From the IMG/VR virus record IMGVR_UViG_3300020176_000011, positions 1-64,000 of that record: a stretch of DNA of 64,000 bases. One strand, given 5' to 3'. Below the pieces are notes generated by a model, which did not search any database, was not told where the DNA came from, and saw only the letters and a list, made by a program, of their open reading frames with translations. The translations under genes and the position numbers were made by a program. The DNA comes from a virus. Below, one piece after another: positions 29,920 to 40,127 of the stretch (position 1 is its first letter; the number at the start of each line of letters is the position of its first letter).

Positions 29920-32900
29920 TAGCCACGTCCATTCACAACAGACTTGATCAGTACACGAGTCTGACCACCGCGCACAATGTCGCTGTTCACGATGGCGATG
30001 ATGTCCTTCGCACTCGGAGGCGGCGGCTGCTGACCCTGCGGCACGATCCAGACGTTCGTGACGTTCTGCTCACCGTCCTTCTTCTGCATCCGGTCAGCAG
30101 TACGCTGGTCAGCCATTTCGTTGCCGAAGTCGCCCACCGCGCTCATCGGCTCGCTGATCCGGCGGTTACCCAGGCTGTTGATCTCGTCCAAGGTACGACG
30201 ACCGATAGCCCGAGCAGCTGCACGACGCAGCACGTACTCACCCGGCATCAGCGTGGCCGGAACCATGTCTCGGTTCTGACCACCGCCAGCAAACCGCTTG
30301 CGACGGACGCTGCCACCCGACTTGTAGGTTTCACCGGTACCCGAGCCGACACCATCGCCAGTCGTGACCGAACCACCGCCCGACATCATCGAGCCGAAGC
30401 CCGGCAGCAGGAACCGCATAGCCATCTTGAGGGCCATCATCGCGACCATCTGCACCATCATCTGGAGCAGGGAACGAATGACCGACCGCGCCATGTCGCC
30501 GAACGCCTGACCGACCGACTTCGTGCCATCGATCAGCGACATGAAGGCATCAGTGAAACCGCTGGAGACGGTGTTCAGCATCTGAGGCACGCGCTCAGCG
30601 ATCTGCGTCAGGCCATCCTGGAACAGCTTGTTCTGGATTTCCCAAGCCTTCACACCCGTGCTGAGCTGTTCGAAGAACGTCGGCTTGGGCTTCGGCTGGG
30701 TCTGAGCATCCTGTTCGATCTTCAGCTTCTGAAGAGAGGTAGCCGTGCTATCAATCTGCTGACGGTACTTCTCCATCTCGCCATCGGCGCTCTGAAGCTG
30801 CTGCTTGATCGCAGCCAAAGCATTGCTGTTCACCGTGTTGCCACCAGCAACACCTTCCAGAGCAGCCTTCTCCTTCGTCAGAGCAGCGACCAGCTCTTCC
30901 GCCTTCTGCAGACCCATCTGCTGATTGACCAGCAGGGTCTGAGCAGCCTCGATCTTCAGCTGACGAACAGCGTTCTCGACGTTCGCAGCCTTCTCGAACT
31001 GATCGACTTCCTTGTAGGCGGTCGTGAAGCTGTTGCGATTGACCGGTGCGTCGTAGGCCTTGACGCTCTGGTCGAACCGGAACTGGATGTTCTCCGCTTC
31101 CTGATTGGCGTTGGCAAACGCCTTCTCGATCTGGCGGAAGTTCTGAGCCAACTTCTTCAGCTCGACTTGGAAGTCAGCGAGCATCTGCTTCATCTCGCGG
31201 GACAGTTCTTCCTGACCAGCGGACATACCCTTTGCGTCGATGCGATTACGGAAGCCCTTGAGAGCCTCACGACCAGAGGTCGTGACAGCATCCATCTGCC
31301 CCTGCATCTGCTTGATGATTTCAGGGTCATCCAAGTTCTGACCACTCGCGGTGAAGGACGCGATGATCATACGAATCTGCATGCTGATCAGCTGCTCGGT
31401 CAGCGTCGCGATCTGATCGAAGATCTTTTCGCGCTGCTCCTTGCTCATCGTCCGGCCGAGCATACCCGTCAGCGCACTCATGTTCGAGTTGATCTGCGCA
31501 TGAATGCTGTCGATCATCACCTTGGAGGTTTCCAACTCCATACGGATGATGTCCTGCGACGCCTTCTTCCGACGCTCGAACGCCTCCTCAGCGAACTTCG
31601 CACGGTCGGCCTCAAGCTCAGCTTCCTGCTGAACGATCAGATCCTTCTTCTCGTCAGCCTGCTGCGCCGTCTTGAGTGCATCACGATCCTTCTGGAACAG
31701 CTTCTCCTTCGTCTCGTAATACTTGGCCTGCAGACGCTCCAGCTCCTGGTTCGACTGCTCGATACGGCCAACGTCGCTGTACTGCTTGGCGCGACGCTTC
31801 TCCGTCTCGATCTGAACCTGAATGGTCTTCATCTCGCTCTGGAGACGAGCCTTCTGAACCTTGTCCACTTCCTCGCGCGCAGTGTTCAAATCACCGGTCA
31901 CCAGACCAGTGGTTTCGTTCATGCCGCGCTCGATGTTCTTCTTGTAGGCTAGTTCGGCGACACGCTTCTGCTCACCCGACAGCGTCGAGAGATACTGCTG
32001 GAACATACCGTCGATGAAGTTGCGAACCTCATTGACTTCCTTCTGCATCTCATCGGCGATGCCCTTCTTCTCACCGACCGGTGCGCTCTTCAGCTTGTCG
32101 CGCATTTCGGTGATGTGAACTCGAGACGCATTAACCGCATTCTCCATCGTCGAGTAGATGGTCTTCTGCAGTTCGATCAGTTCATCACGCTGGCCAGTGG
32201 TGCTTTCGAGATCGCGACCCTTCGACCGCTTCTCCAGTTCGTTGGCCGCCCACTCGCGTGCCCGCTTGAGGATCAGGTTGCCAAGGTTGCGGTTGTCCTC
32301 GTTCGTGAACGTATCGCCAGGATTGGCGACGTCCGAATCCTTCAGCTTCTTCAGACGGTCGATAGCGTCCTGAGCCTTTGCAATCTGAGCAATGGTCTTA
32401 TCGAGATCGTTACCGATCATCGAATCCATCAGCGACTTCGTCTCGGGCATCACACCCTTGATGTTGTCGAGAGCGCCACGAGCCTGGCTGTCCTGAGAAC
32501 CTTCCTTGAAGCGGTTCATCTGGAACTGACGCGACATCTCGCGACGCACAGCAGCCGGGGTTTTGCTGTCATTCTGGATCAGCGTGTTGAGGCTGTTCTC
32601 GCTCGACAGTTCAGCCGCACGCTTCTCGAACGCTTCACGTTCAGCCTTGAGTGCGCCAATCTTATCGTTCAGCGACAGGGTCTGCAGACCGCGCGAAGTG
32701 CTGCGCAGCTTCTCCAAAGCCGACACGAGTTCATTCACATTCGTGACGGTCTTCGGAAGCTCCAGACCAAGATCAGCAAAGCGCGTCTTGAGGTTCAGCG
32801 TCTCGGTGGCGAGCGCGCCGCTGTTCTCGTTCAAGCTGCTGTACTTCGACAGCAGATCGTTGATGGCCTTGTCGATGGCCATCTGAGTATCGACCTGCTT

Positions 32901-35501
32901 CGTGTTCGCCTGAGTTGCCTCGTTCGTCTTCTGCTTCAGCTTCTCCATCGCATCGGAGAACTTGTTGGCGTTGCGAGCATTCATCTCCATGATCAGGGAG
33001 ACAGCTTCAAAGCCGATGAAGGCAAGAGCAAGCGGACCCACGCCACGCATCAGGCTCATAGCACTGCTGAAACGACCAGCAGCGGCGGTGGTCCGACCGA
33101 TGGCGGCTCCAAAGACATCCGTCTGCACAGCAGCCGCTCGGCTGGCCGTCGTGTAGGTCAGCAGAGCAGCACTGACGGAACCGATCACCGGTAGGAGTCG
33201 AGCAAACTGAGTGGCCAGAATGTAGACGACCGCAGTACCACCAACCGTCGTACCGAGCGACACGATGGTCTGGATCAAACCACCGAACGACGAGATGAGG
33301 TCAGCCGTCGTGTTCATGACGGCGACGGCCTTCGGCTTGAAGTCCTCGCCCATCTTGTCGGCCATGATGCCGAAGTTCGCCTTCACTCGATCAGAGGCCG
33401 CCGCGATGCTGTCCATCGCCACTCGGCTGCCAGTCATGGCCGCTTGGCTGGTGATGTTGGCCTGTGTCAGCTGCTGGAGTCCGTCCACCTGGCTCAGCAG
33501 ACCGAGGTACGCACGAGCGCCACGAAGCTCCAGACCCTCGAACGCCTGAGAGGCACCGAAGCCAGCGTTGGCCATCTTCTCCAAGGTCGGCGTCAGACCC
33601 TTGCTACGGATGTCCACGTCGGCGATGGTCAGACCAACGTTGCCGAGAACTTCCTTCAGCTTCTCAGTCGGGTTGAGCAGATCGGAGATCAGCTGGGTAA
33701 CGCCGGTACCGAGCGTCGACCCCGACCGAACACCAGTGTTGGACAGAGCGGACAGGACACCAGTCAGTTCCGCGAACGACACATTCGCCTGTGCGGCGGT
33801 GTTACCGGAATACTGGATGCCGAGAGCCAGCTTCTCCATGTCGAGCTTGGAGGTGTTCAGCGCGCCAGCCATGATATTGACGATCTGACCAGTCTCTTCG
33901 GCCCGATAGTTGAACGCACCCAGCACCGAGGTCACGACGTCGACCGAGGTTTTCAGCTCAGACCCAGTAGCCTGCGCCAGCATCGTGATCGGCTTGAGAG
34001 CCGCTCCGATCTGCTGCGTGGACAGACCAGCTTGGGCCAGTACGACTGCGGCCTGCGTCACTGCCGTGGCGGTGTAGCGCGAACCTTCGGCGACGCCGAT
34101 GATGACCTCCTTGAGGTCTTTCATCTCACCCTTGGTCGAACCACTGATGGCCTGCAACTGATGCAGAGCCTCATCGAACTCGACGACCGACCGAACGCCG
34201 TAGCTGATTGCGCCGAAGAAGCTCGTCAGTACCTTGTAGTTCAGCATCAGACGAGACTGGATCTCAAGCAGGAACTGACCACCGTCTCCGAACAGACGAA
34301 GGCGCTGGATGTCCTGCTGCGACTTGGCAACCGCAGCTTGATAGGCGTTCTGTGCTTCGGCGGCAGCGCGCGACAGTTCAGCCGTCTTGCTGGGATCGAA
34401 GTTGTTCTGCTGGTTGCGACGAGCAGTGATCAGCGCGATCTTTGCATCGGCCACAGCAGCGGCAGCCGTCGAGATCTCAACCTTCTTATCGGACAGCTTC
34501 TGATAGTAGTCCTTGAGGTTCTGCATCGCCTTGGCATCATCGGGCAGCTTCGTGATGCCAGTGGTCTGCTCAATCGTCTCCTGCGTGCTGATGCGGGCAG
34601 CACGATAGATATGGTTCTTCGCCAGATATGCGGCGACCTTATCGCGCGACTTCTGGATGATTTCAGCCTGCTTCTGCGCCAAGTTGTCGTAGAAGACACG
34701 CATGTTCGCCATCGTCTTGTCGACGTCGGGACGAACGAGGCCAGTCGTCTGTTCGATAGTCTCCTGCACACTCAGACGCGCGGCCGGGATGATCGAACGT
34801 CGAACGGCAGCCATGGCGCGCCGATTGGCGGCAGCCTCAGCATTGGCAGCGAGACGCTCTTGCTTCTGCATCTCGGCACTCTGCTTTTCGAGCATCGCCT
34901 GAGTAGCAGCCAGCAGTTGCAGTTCACGGCTTCGCTTGCTGACCAGCTTGTCCAGCGAGCCATCAGCGTTGCGGGCATTCTGTTCCTCAGCCGCAGCCAG
35001 CAGCATCTCAGCGGCACGAATGCGGGTCTTCAGCTCGAGCCGCTTCTGATCACTCGGATCGGGGCCGAGGTTGCTCACAAAGCGACGAGCGCCCTTGTTC
35101 TCACTCTCAAGGAACTTGAGCAGGGTCGAATTCTTGATCTGGCGCTCGGCATCCTTGAAGGTGTTGAGCGTGGCATCGGAAAGCTGACGTCCGAACGACG
35201 TCATGTTGGCCTTGATGCTCTTCGTCATTCCGTCGACGAGCGCCTTGGTGATCGAGGCACCAGGGTTCTCGTTCTGGACGAGGGTCACCAGATTGCGGAA
35301 GTTGGCCAGCAGCTCCTTCTGAGTCTTGTCGAAGTTGCTGCTGGTAACGATGCCGACCTTCGTATCACGAAGGAGTTCCATCTGCGTGCGCAGAGTGGTC
35401 GTCGCCTTGATGATGGAGTCCAGCTTCTTCTGCAGCTTCTCCATCTCGGCGACGGGCTGGTTCAGATTGGCCTCAATACCGATCTCTTTGTCATCAGCCA
35501 T
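29919..35501 (-). CDS. Tape measure protein
   Basis: About 1860 aa, helical and Ala-rich, TP901-like core (LAQAGLS..QI, GVRSGSTLGTG), C-terminal MPGEYVLR. Confidence 0.92.
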   Translation of the reverse strand: MADDKEIGIEANLNQPVAEMEKLQKKLDSIIKATTTLRTQMELLRDTKVGIVTSSNFDKTQKELLANFRNLVTLVQNENPGASITKALVDGMTKSIKANMTSFGRQLSDATLNTFKDAERQIKNSTLLKFLESENKGARRFVSNLGPDPSDQKRLELKTRIRAAEMLLAAAEEQNARNADGSLDKLVSKRSRELQLLAATQAMLEKQSAEMQKQERLAANAEAAANRRAMAAVRRSIIPAARLSVQETIEQTTGLVRPDVDKTMANMRVFYDNLAQKQAEIIQKSRDKVAAYLAKNHIYRAARISTQETIEQTTGITKLPDDAKAMQNLKDYYQKLSDKKVEISTAAAAVADAKIALITARRNQQNNFDPSKTAELSRAAAEAQNAYQAAVAKSQQDIQRLRLFGDGGQFLLEIQSRLMLNYKVLTSFFGAISYGVRSVVEFDEALHQLQAISGSTKGEMKDLKEVIIGVAEGSRYTATAVTQAAVVLAQAGLSTQQIGAALKPITMLAQATGSELKTSVDVVTSVLGAFNYRAEETGQIVNIMAGALNTSKLDMEKLALGIQYSGNTAAQANVSFAELTGVLSALSNTGVRSGSTLGTGVTQLISDLLNPTEKLKEVLGNVGLTIADVDIRSKGLTPTLEKMANAGFGASQAFEGLELRGARAYLGLLSQVDGLQQLTQANITSQAAMTGSRVAMDSIAAASDRVKANFGIMADKMGEDFKPKAVAVMNTTADLISSFGGLIQTIVSLGTTVGGTAVVYILATQFARLLPVIGSVSAALLTYTTASRAAAVQTDVFGAAIGRTTAAAGRFSSAMSLMRGVGPLALAFIGFEAVSLIMEMNARNANKFSDAMEKLKQKTNEATQANTKQVDTQMAIDKAINDLLSKYSSLNENSGALATETLNLKTRFADLGLELPKTVTNVNELVSALEKLRSTSRGLQTLSLNDKIGALKAEREAFEKRAAELSSENSLNTLIQNDSKTPAAVRREMSRQFQMNRFKEGSQDSQARGALDNIKGVMPETKSLMDSMIGNDLDKTIAQIAKAQDAIDRLKKLKDSDVANPGDTFTNEDNRNLGNLILKRAREWAANELEKRSKGRDLESTTGQRDELIELQKTIYSTMENAVNASRVHITEMRDKLKSAPVGEKKGIADEMQKEVNEVRNFIDGMFQQYLSTLSGEQKRVAELAYKKNIERGMNETTGLVTGDLNTAREEVDKVQKARLQSEMKTIQVQIETEKRRAKQYSDVGRIEQSNQELERLQAKYYETKEKLFQKDRDALKTAQQADEKKDLIVQQEAELEADRAKFAEEAFERRKKASQDIIRMELETSKVMIDSIHAQINSNMSALTGMLGRTMSKEQREKIFDQIATLTEQLISMQIRMIIASFTASGQNLDDPEIIKQMQGQMDAVTTSGREALKGFRNRIDAKGMSAGQEELSREMKQMLADFQVELKKLAQNFRQIEKAFANANQEAENIQFRFDQSVKAYDAPVNRNSFTTAYKEVDQFEKAANVENAVRQLKIEAAQTLLVNQQMGLQKAEELVAALTKEKAALEGVAGGNTVNSNALAAIKQQLQSADGEMEKYRQQIDSTATSLQKLKIEQDAQTQPKPKPTFFEQLSTGVKAWEIQNKLFQDGLTQIAERVPQMLNTVSSGFTDAFMSLIDGTKSVGQAFGDMARSVIRSLLQMMVQMVAMMALKMAMRFLLPGFGSMMSGGGSVTTGDGVGSGTGETYKSGGSVRRKRFAGGGQNRDMVPATLMPGEYVLRRAAARAIGRRTLDEINSLGNRRISEPMSAVGDFGNEMADQRTADRMQKKDGEQNVTNVWIVPQGQQPPPPSAKDIIAIVNSDIVRGGQTRVLIKSVVNGRG

Positions 35502-35949
35502 CTGTACCACCCGTCATGGTCGCTTTGGCGTGGCTCATAAACTTCATGATGGTAGACTCGGACGGAGGGGGCTTCTTCATCATCTCCTGCATTTCTTGAG
35601 GAGACACCCCTTCCGACTTGTTCCCACCGAGAGCTGCAGCCAAGATCAAAGCGAAATTCTGAAAGTCCTGCAGCACTTTAACCTGTTCGTACTGCACTCT
35701 CAACTGAACCTTGTGACGTAGGTCGAACCACGTCTTCCGTTCGTAGAGGTCGTCGATCTCACTAGGTGAGATGTCGAAGGCCAGACAGATGCTATCCGTC
35801 CAGGTTAGCTGGCTGAGCCAGTGGTCAACGACGTCTGGACTTCCTGCAGTGCCCGCGTCTTGTCGCCCATTTTGTCGACCGTGGCCAGCATACCCTCCAT
35901 CAGCGGCTCGGAACTCTCGTTGAAGTTCGAGCCCAGCTTGATGAAAAAA
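35494..35949 (-). CDS. Tail assembly chaperone GT extension (-1 frameshift product)
   Basis: Start-less -1 frame ORF between TAC and TMP; slippery T TTT TTC at 35949-35943. Confidence 0.6.
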   Translation of the reverse strand, partial: FFHQAGLELQREFRAADGGYAGHGRQNGRQDAGTAGSPDVVDHWLSQLTWTDSICLAFDISPSEIDDLYERKTWFDLRHKVQLRVQYEQVKVLQDFQNFALILAAALGGNKSEGVSPQEMQEMMKKPPPSESTIMKFMSHAKATMTGGTDG

Positions 35950-36245
35950 TCGAGGATATGGGTTCCCGCCCAAGCGAGGATCTTGGACACCTCTTCCGGA
36001 GTGATCTCCAGTTCGTCGATCTCGATCTGGTTCTTCTTCGTCGACAGAAGCTGGACCAGCATCTGCTCGGCGATCTCGGGCTCCTCGATCATGCGGCCGA
36101 CGTCGTTCATGTTGCCGATGAGCTTGCAGAGACGATTGAGTCGGCCGAACGTCATCACGACGGTCTGGGTCTTGTCGCCGATCTTCAGGTCGAAGCTCGG
36201 GGCGAGTTCGGACTGAATGAGGGTGGGCTTGGGCGCGTCGGACAT
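35805..36245 (-). CDS. Tail assembly chaperone (G-like)
   Basis: Between major tail and TMP genes; SD AAGGAG. Confidence 0.75.
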   Translation of the reverse strand: MSDAPKPTLIQSELAPSFDLKIGDKTQTVVMTFGRLNRLCKLIGNMNDVGRMIEEPEIAEQMLVQLLSTKKNQIEIDELEITPEEVSKILAWAGTHILDFFIKLGSNFNESSEPLMEGMLATVDKMGDKTRALQEVQTSLTTGSAS

Positions 36246-36261
36246 AGGGCTCTCCTTGAAC

Positions 36262-36295
36262 CAAAAAGAATCGCCCCGGTTCTAACCGGGGCGAT
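36262..36295 (-). terminator. Intrinsic terminator after the major tail gene
   Basis: Stem ATCGCCCCGGT/ACCGGGGCGAT followed by TCTTTTT on the minus strand. Confidence 0.75.
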
Positions 36296-36318
36296 CTTCA
36301 ATGGCAAGTCCGTTCTGC

Positions 36319-37092
36319 TTACGGCAGCAGGAGGATGCGCGACTGGTCGCCCGCGAACTGGGCGTAGTGCGGATCGCCCGGCACCTGGTCGTAGATCGTC
36401 AGTTCGAACGGCAGGTTTCCGTAGTTGTCGGTCGTGAAGTTCAGATCCAGACCCTTCGTGACGCGGCACTTCGGGATCATGATCATCGCCTCTTCACCAC
36501 CGGCCAGGTTGCCGACGACCATCGCCGCGAGGTACGGCTGCTCGACCTTCTTGCCGACCGACACGGTGCCGAACTTCTTGACCACCGCACCGGACGGCAC
36601 GGTAATACCGGCCGGGGTGGCGCGGGTGACCGTGACGTTGAGGGCCGCGATGGACAGCACCTGGCGGACGAGGACCTGGTCATCCGAGCCGTACTGGATC
36701 AGGATGTAGTCGTTGGCGGCGAGGCCGGTGACCGACGTGCAGGGAATAACCGAGGCACCGGCCGCGACCGAACCGGTCGTGGTCGTCACGAGGCCGGTCG
36801 TGGTGATCGCCGAGCCGTCGAGGCCGAGCGCGAAGTTGAGGTTCTGGAGCGTGTACTCGTAGGCTTCGAAGGACGCCGTGACGGCGTTCTTGTTCATCAC
36901 CGAGTAGACGACCGTGTTCTTCACGCCCTGCGTCAGCTCGACGTAGCCCGGTTCCATGTTGGTCTTGAAGTTCTTGACCAGACCGATGCCGTTGGCAGCG
37001 GGCGTGAAGTCGAACATCGTGGCCGGGGGACCGAGCATGACCGAGGCCGTGCCGAGCATGAAGCGCGAAGTCTTAGCGAGGCCGTTGGCCAT
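36319..37092 (-). CDS. Major tail tube protein
   Basis: Strongly biased codons, synteny, LNFTTDNYGNLPFELT ending. Confidence 0.8.
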   Translation of the reverse strand: MANGLAKTSRFMLGTASVMLGPPATMFDFTPAANGIGLVKNFKTNMEPGYVELTQGVKNTVVYSVMNKNAVTASFEAYEYTLQNLNFALGLDGSAITTTGLVTTTTGSVAAGASVIPCTSVTGLAANDYILIQYGSDDQVLVRQVLSIAALNVTVTRATPAGITVPSGAVVKKFGTVSVGKKVEQPYLAAMVVGNLAGGEEAMIMIPKCRVTKGLDLNFTTDNYGNLPFELTIYDQVPGDPHYAQFAGDQSRILLLP

Positions 37093-37184
37093 GGGAATCT
37101 CCTGTAACTTTCCAAAGAAGGTTCTTGCGTTATCCGATGGTTCGACAGATAAGACAAGAGATTTTTTCTGAACCGGAGTGAACC

Positions 37185-37433
37185 ATGAAAACGAAGGATA
37201 TGGTGGCCATGACCGTCCGGATGCCGCCGGACTTTGCCGACCAGATCACGACCCGCGCCAGGCTCACTCGACGGAGCCGAAGCGCAGAGCTGATCCATCT
37301 GGCCAGTCAGACCCTCGACCGACAGGCTGCCGTCCTCAAGGCTGAGCAGCAGCGCGTGACGGAGCGTAACCAAGGGATACTGCAAGATATTGGTACGACC
37401 GAACCTCAGTTGTCACTAGGGGAAGAGCAGTAG
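37185..37433 (+). CDS. Arc/CopG-like ribbon-helix-helix DNA-binding protein
   Basis: AMTVRMPPDFADQITTRARLTRRSRSAELIHL; SD GGAG. Confidence 0.75.
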   Translation: MKTKDMVAMTVRMPPDFADQITTRARLTRRSRSAELIHLASQTLDRQAAVLKAEQQRVTERNQGILQDIGTTEPQLSLGEEQ

Positions 37434-37803
37434 TCCCCTTCATGAATTTCATCTGACCCAGGAGATTGCCCGTCTCCGCGTCGAGCAGCTCGACCATCTT
37501 GCCGGTCAAACAGGCGTTGAACAGCACGTTGGTCAAGCTGCGAAGATGAAACAGGTTCTGATCACCCACAGTCGATAGACCGATCCTTGCAGCGACAGTG
37601 AAGTTTCCTTCCTCGTCGGTGATCGAGTAGTCCTCCAGGCCCATGATGTCGAGCAGGTTTGACAGTTCCTTCTCGTCGGCGATGCCGTCGAAGTCGACGA
37701 CGGTCGGCTGCGCACGACCCGAGGCCGTGAACACCGGATCGTTCGTGATGACCTTGCCGATGAAGCGGATGAGCGAGGCCTTGCAGTCTTGATACGGGTT
37801 CAT
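37336..37803 (-). CDS. Tail terminator/completion protein (putative)
   Basis: Synteny before the major tail gene; ATG at 37803. Confidence 0.55.
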   Translation of the reverse strand: MNPYQDCKASLIRFIGKVITNDPVFTASGRAQPTVVDFDGIADEKELSNLLDIMGLEDYSITDEEGNFTVAARIGLSTVGDQNLFHLRSLTNVLFNACLTGKMVELLDAETGNLLGQMKFMKGTTALPLVTTEVRSYQYLAVSLGYAPSRAAAQP

Positions 37804-38390
37804 TTCAGTCTCCGAACGACGGACGGGGTGATGACGTACTTCACCCACCAGTTGAGGTAGGGCTCGACCAACGGTCGGGTGATCCGGCCCTTGAAGGCCG
37901 AGAGCTTCATGGACCGCTGGAAGGTACCACTGTTGATCTGCTCCAGCAGCTGAATTCCGCGCTTGTTGCGCATTGCGGGTGCGGGTTCGACGACCATGCG
38001 GAACGCCTCACCACGCTTCACGGCGCGCGGCAGCTTCACGAGAGTGACCTTGGGCTTGCCCAGCAGGCCACCCTTGGCCTGTCGGAGCGACGTCCGCAGC
38101 TTGCCACTGGCCTTGAAGAAGCCCGAGCCTGGGTACTTCTTCTCTTTCCACTTGGCGTAGTTGCGTTTGAGTGGCTTCCAGTTTGGGGTGAACTCTTGAA
38201 GCCCCGGCGGTCCGGCCACGTCGATCCCAGATCGGACCAGCGTCGAGAAGAAGGACGCATTGATGACGGCCACTTCCTGCTCGATCTTGGCCTTGACCTT
38301 GTTGACGTAAACCGTCGTCGTGCGGAGGATCTTGGCCTCGACGTCACGAACGAACTTTTTGTAGGCTCCGAAGCTAACTGACCTCGCCAT
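37800..38390 (-). CDS. Virion morphogenesis/neck protein (basic)
   Basis: WKPLK..Y..WK...F...SGKLRTSL pattern; synteny. Confidence 0.55.
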   Translation of the reverse strand: MARSVSFGAYKKFVRDVEAKILRTTTVYVNKVKAKIEQEVAVINASFFSTLVRSGIDVAGPPGLQEFTPNWKPLKRNYAKWKEKKYPGSGFFKASGKLRTSLRQAKGGLLGKPKVTLVKLPRAVKRGEAFRMVVEPAPAMRNKRGIQLLEQINSGTFQRSMKLSAFKGRITRPLVEPYLNWWVKYVITPSVVRRLK

Positions 38391-38889
38391 AGGTGATCCC
38401 CTGAACCTTCTGGACAAACTTGACGACCTTGCCGTCGAGCATATCACCCAGCTGGAGATCGACACTCGTCAGGACCCGATACTTAGAGCCCGACTGGTTC
38501 TCGTTGTCACCCTGGAGCTGCATCAGCTCCCAGACCACCTCTATCGAGCCCAGCGCGCTCTTCTCGTAGGCTCGACTGAGTCCCGTGACCAGATCAGTCG
38601 ACTTCACTTCTCGCGTCCACACGGCGGTGTGGGTGACCTCAGCAAGGCTGAAGACTCGAGTCATGTTCCGGGTCTTCTCGGCTCGGTCGATCAACAGGTA
38701 CTTCCGCAGACCGTCCTTGATCACCATGCCGGGGCGCGCCGGGGAAGTGCTGCTGGTGAGCATCTGCCGACGCGGGAGGACGAAGTCGCGGATCGTCGCG
38801 TTGTCCTTGATGTCCATCATCTGACCTTCCAGCAGGAGGCCCGTGGTGGTTCGGATCGGTCGGAAGAAGGCTCGGGACGGAGCGCGCAT
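38374..38889 (-). CDS. Head closure protein (putative)
   Basis: Synteny. Confidence 0.5.
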   Translation of the reverse strand: MRAPSRAFFRPIRTTTGLLLEGQMMDIKDNATIRDFVLPRRQMLTSSTSPARPGMVIKDGLRKYLLIDRAEKTRNMTRVFSLAEVTHTAVWTREVKSTDLVTGLSRAYEKSALGSIEVVWELMQLQGDNENQSGSKYRVLTSVDLQLGDMLDGKVVKFVQKVQGITYGEVS

Positions 38890-38890
38890 T

Positions 38891-39598
38891 TTAGGCTCCG
38901 GTGATCGGATCGGTCGGGGTAGCCACGTCGAAGAAGAAGGCCGTGTCTTCGGTCACACCGAACAGGTCGGTTGCGCCGCCGACGATCATGGCGTTGATCT
39001 TGGGCAGGAAGCTGTCGAGATCGAGCTTGGAGAAACGAGCGTACTTCTCTTGGTCGGACGACTCCGACTGCATCAGACGGATCTTGAGGACCTGGACGAG
39101 CGGCAGGGCGGCGAAGCCGAGGATCATGTCGTTGGCGATCCGCATGGTGCCGGTGTCGGACAGCGCCTGATCGAACTCCACCTTGTCGTAGGTGGCGACT
39201 GCCGTGTAGTAGGCGTCTTCGATCCGAATGAAGCTGTCGGGAAGCTCGTCGGCATTCACGCCGAAGAAGACCCGCACGTCGTCGGGTGTCACGCTGGTGT
39301 TGATCCAGGGTGCGACAAAATAGCTGATGGTGGTTTTGTAGGTGGCCCCGGCCACCTTGTAGCTCACGATCAGGGTGCGCTTCTCGCGCTCCGAGGCCGT
39401 GTTGGCAGTTCCGTCGACCTCGATCACCACGGTGTTCAGCCCGGCGTGGTCGATGGCCTTCGGATCCCAGCCCGTGACCAGAGCGCCGCTCTGGTCACGA
39501 AGCTGAGCCGTCACCGAGTTCGTGTCGGGGATGACGAGTTCATCTCCGACACGAAATTCGATAGGGAAAGACTGGGCATCCCCACTGGTGACGTACAT
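38891..39598 (-). CDS. Head-tail adaptor (putative)
   Basis: VTPDDVRVFFGV..DELPD helix motif; synteny. Confidence 0.55.
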   Translation of the reverse strand: MYVTSGDAQSFPIEFRVGDELVIPDTNSVTAQLRDQSGALVTGWDPKAIDHAGLNTVVIEVDGTANTASEREKRTLIVSYKVAGATYKTTISYFVAPWINTSVTPDDVRVFFGVNADELPDSFIRIEDAYYTAVATYDKVEFDQALSDTGTMRIANDMILGFAALPLVQVLKIRLMQSESSDQEKYARFSKLDLDSFLPKINAMIVGGATDLFGVTEDTAFFFDVATPTDPITGA

Positions 39599-39609
39599 GG
39601 TCCGACTCC

Positions 39610-40041
39610 TTACTTACGCGGAGCCTTGAGGATCTTCTCCTCCAGGGCAGCGACGAGCTTCTCCTGCTCGGCCAGCTCGTCCGCCGACGCCTTGCTGTCT
39701 TTCTCGCGCATGGCGAGCAGCTGGTTCTTGGCGTCGATCAGCTCCTGCTCCACGGTCGGAGCCTCCTCGACCTTCTTGCTCGGGTCGAACTTGTGCTGCT
39801 TGACGAAGCCCTCGACGGCCGAGTCGCGCTTCTTCTCGCCAGCGTCGGCGATGACCTTCTGCAGCATGGCGTCGGTGACGTTGTCGTTCACCCGGCCATG
39901 GATGGTCAGCTGACCGGCGTTCGCCTTGCTGTCCCAGAAGTGGTCGGCCGAGACGACGTTGACCTGATCGGCCTCGACGACCTCGCCCTTGACGCCGCCC
40001 CAGAGCATGAAATTGCCGGTGGTTTCCGCAACGAGCTTCAT
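39610..40041 (-). CDS. Hypothetical protein after the capsid gene
   Basis: SD AGGAG, biased codons. Confidence 0.6.
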   Translation of the reverse strand: MKLVAETTGNFMLWGGVKGEVVEADQVNVVSADHFWDSKANAGQLTIHGRVNDNVTDAMLQKVIADAGEKKRDSAVEGFVKQHKFDPSKKVEEAPTVEQELIDAKNQLLAMREKDSKASADELAEQEKLVAALEEKILKAPRK

Positions 40042-40066
40042 AGAAGTCTCCTGATAGTGTGGTTGA

Positions 40067-40110
40067 GAAAGAGGAAAGGCCCAGCCACTTTCGTGGATGG
40101 GCCTTCCTTT
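40067..40110 (-). terminator. Intrinsic terminator after the major capsid gene
   Basis: Minus strand GGAAGGCCCA-TCCAC-GAAA-GTGGC-TGGGCCTTTCC followed by TCTTTCT. Confidence 0.65.
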
Positions 40111-40127
40111 GTCCAGCTGAACTTCGC

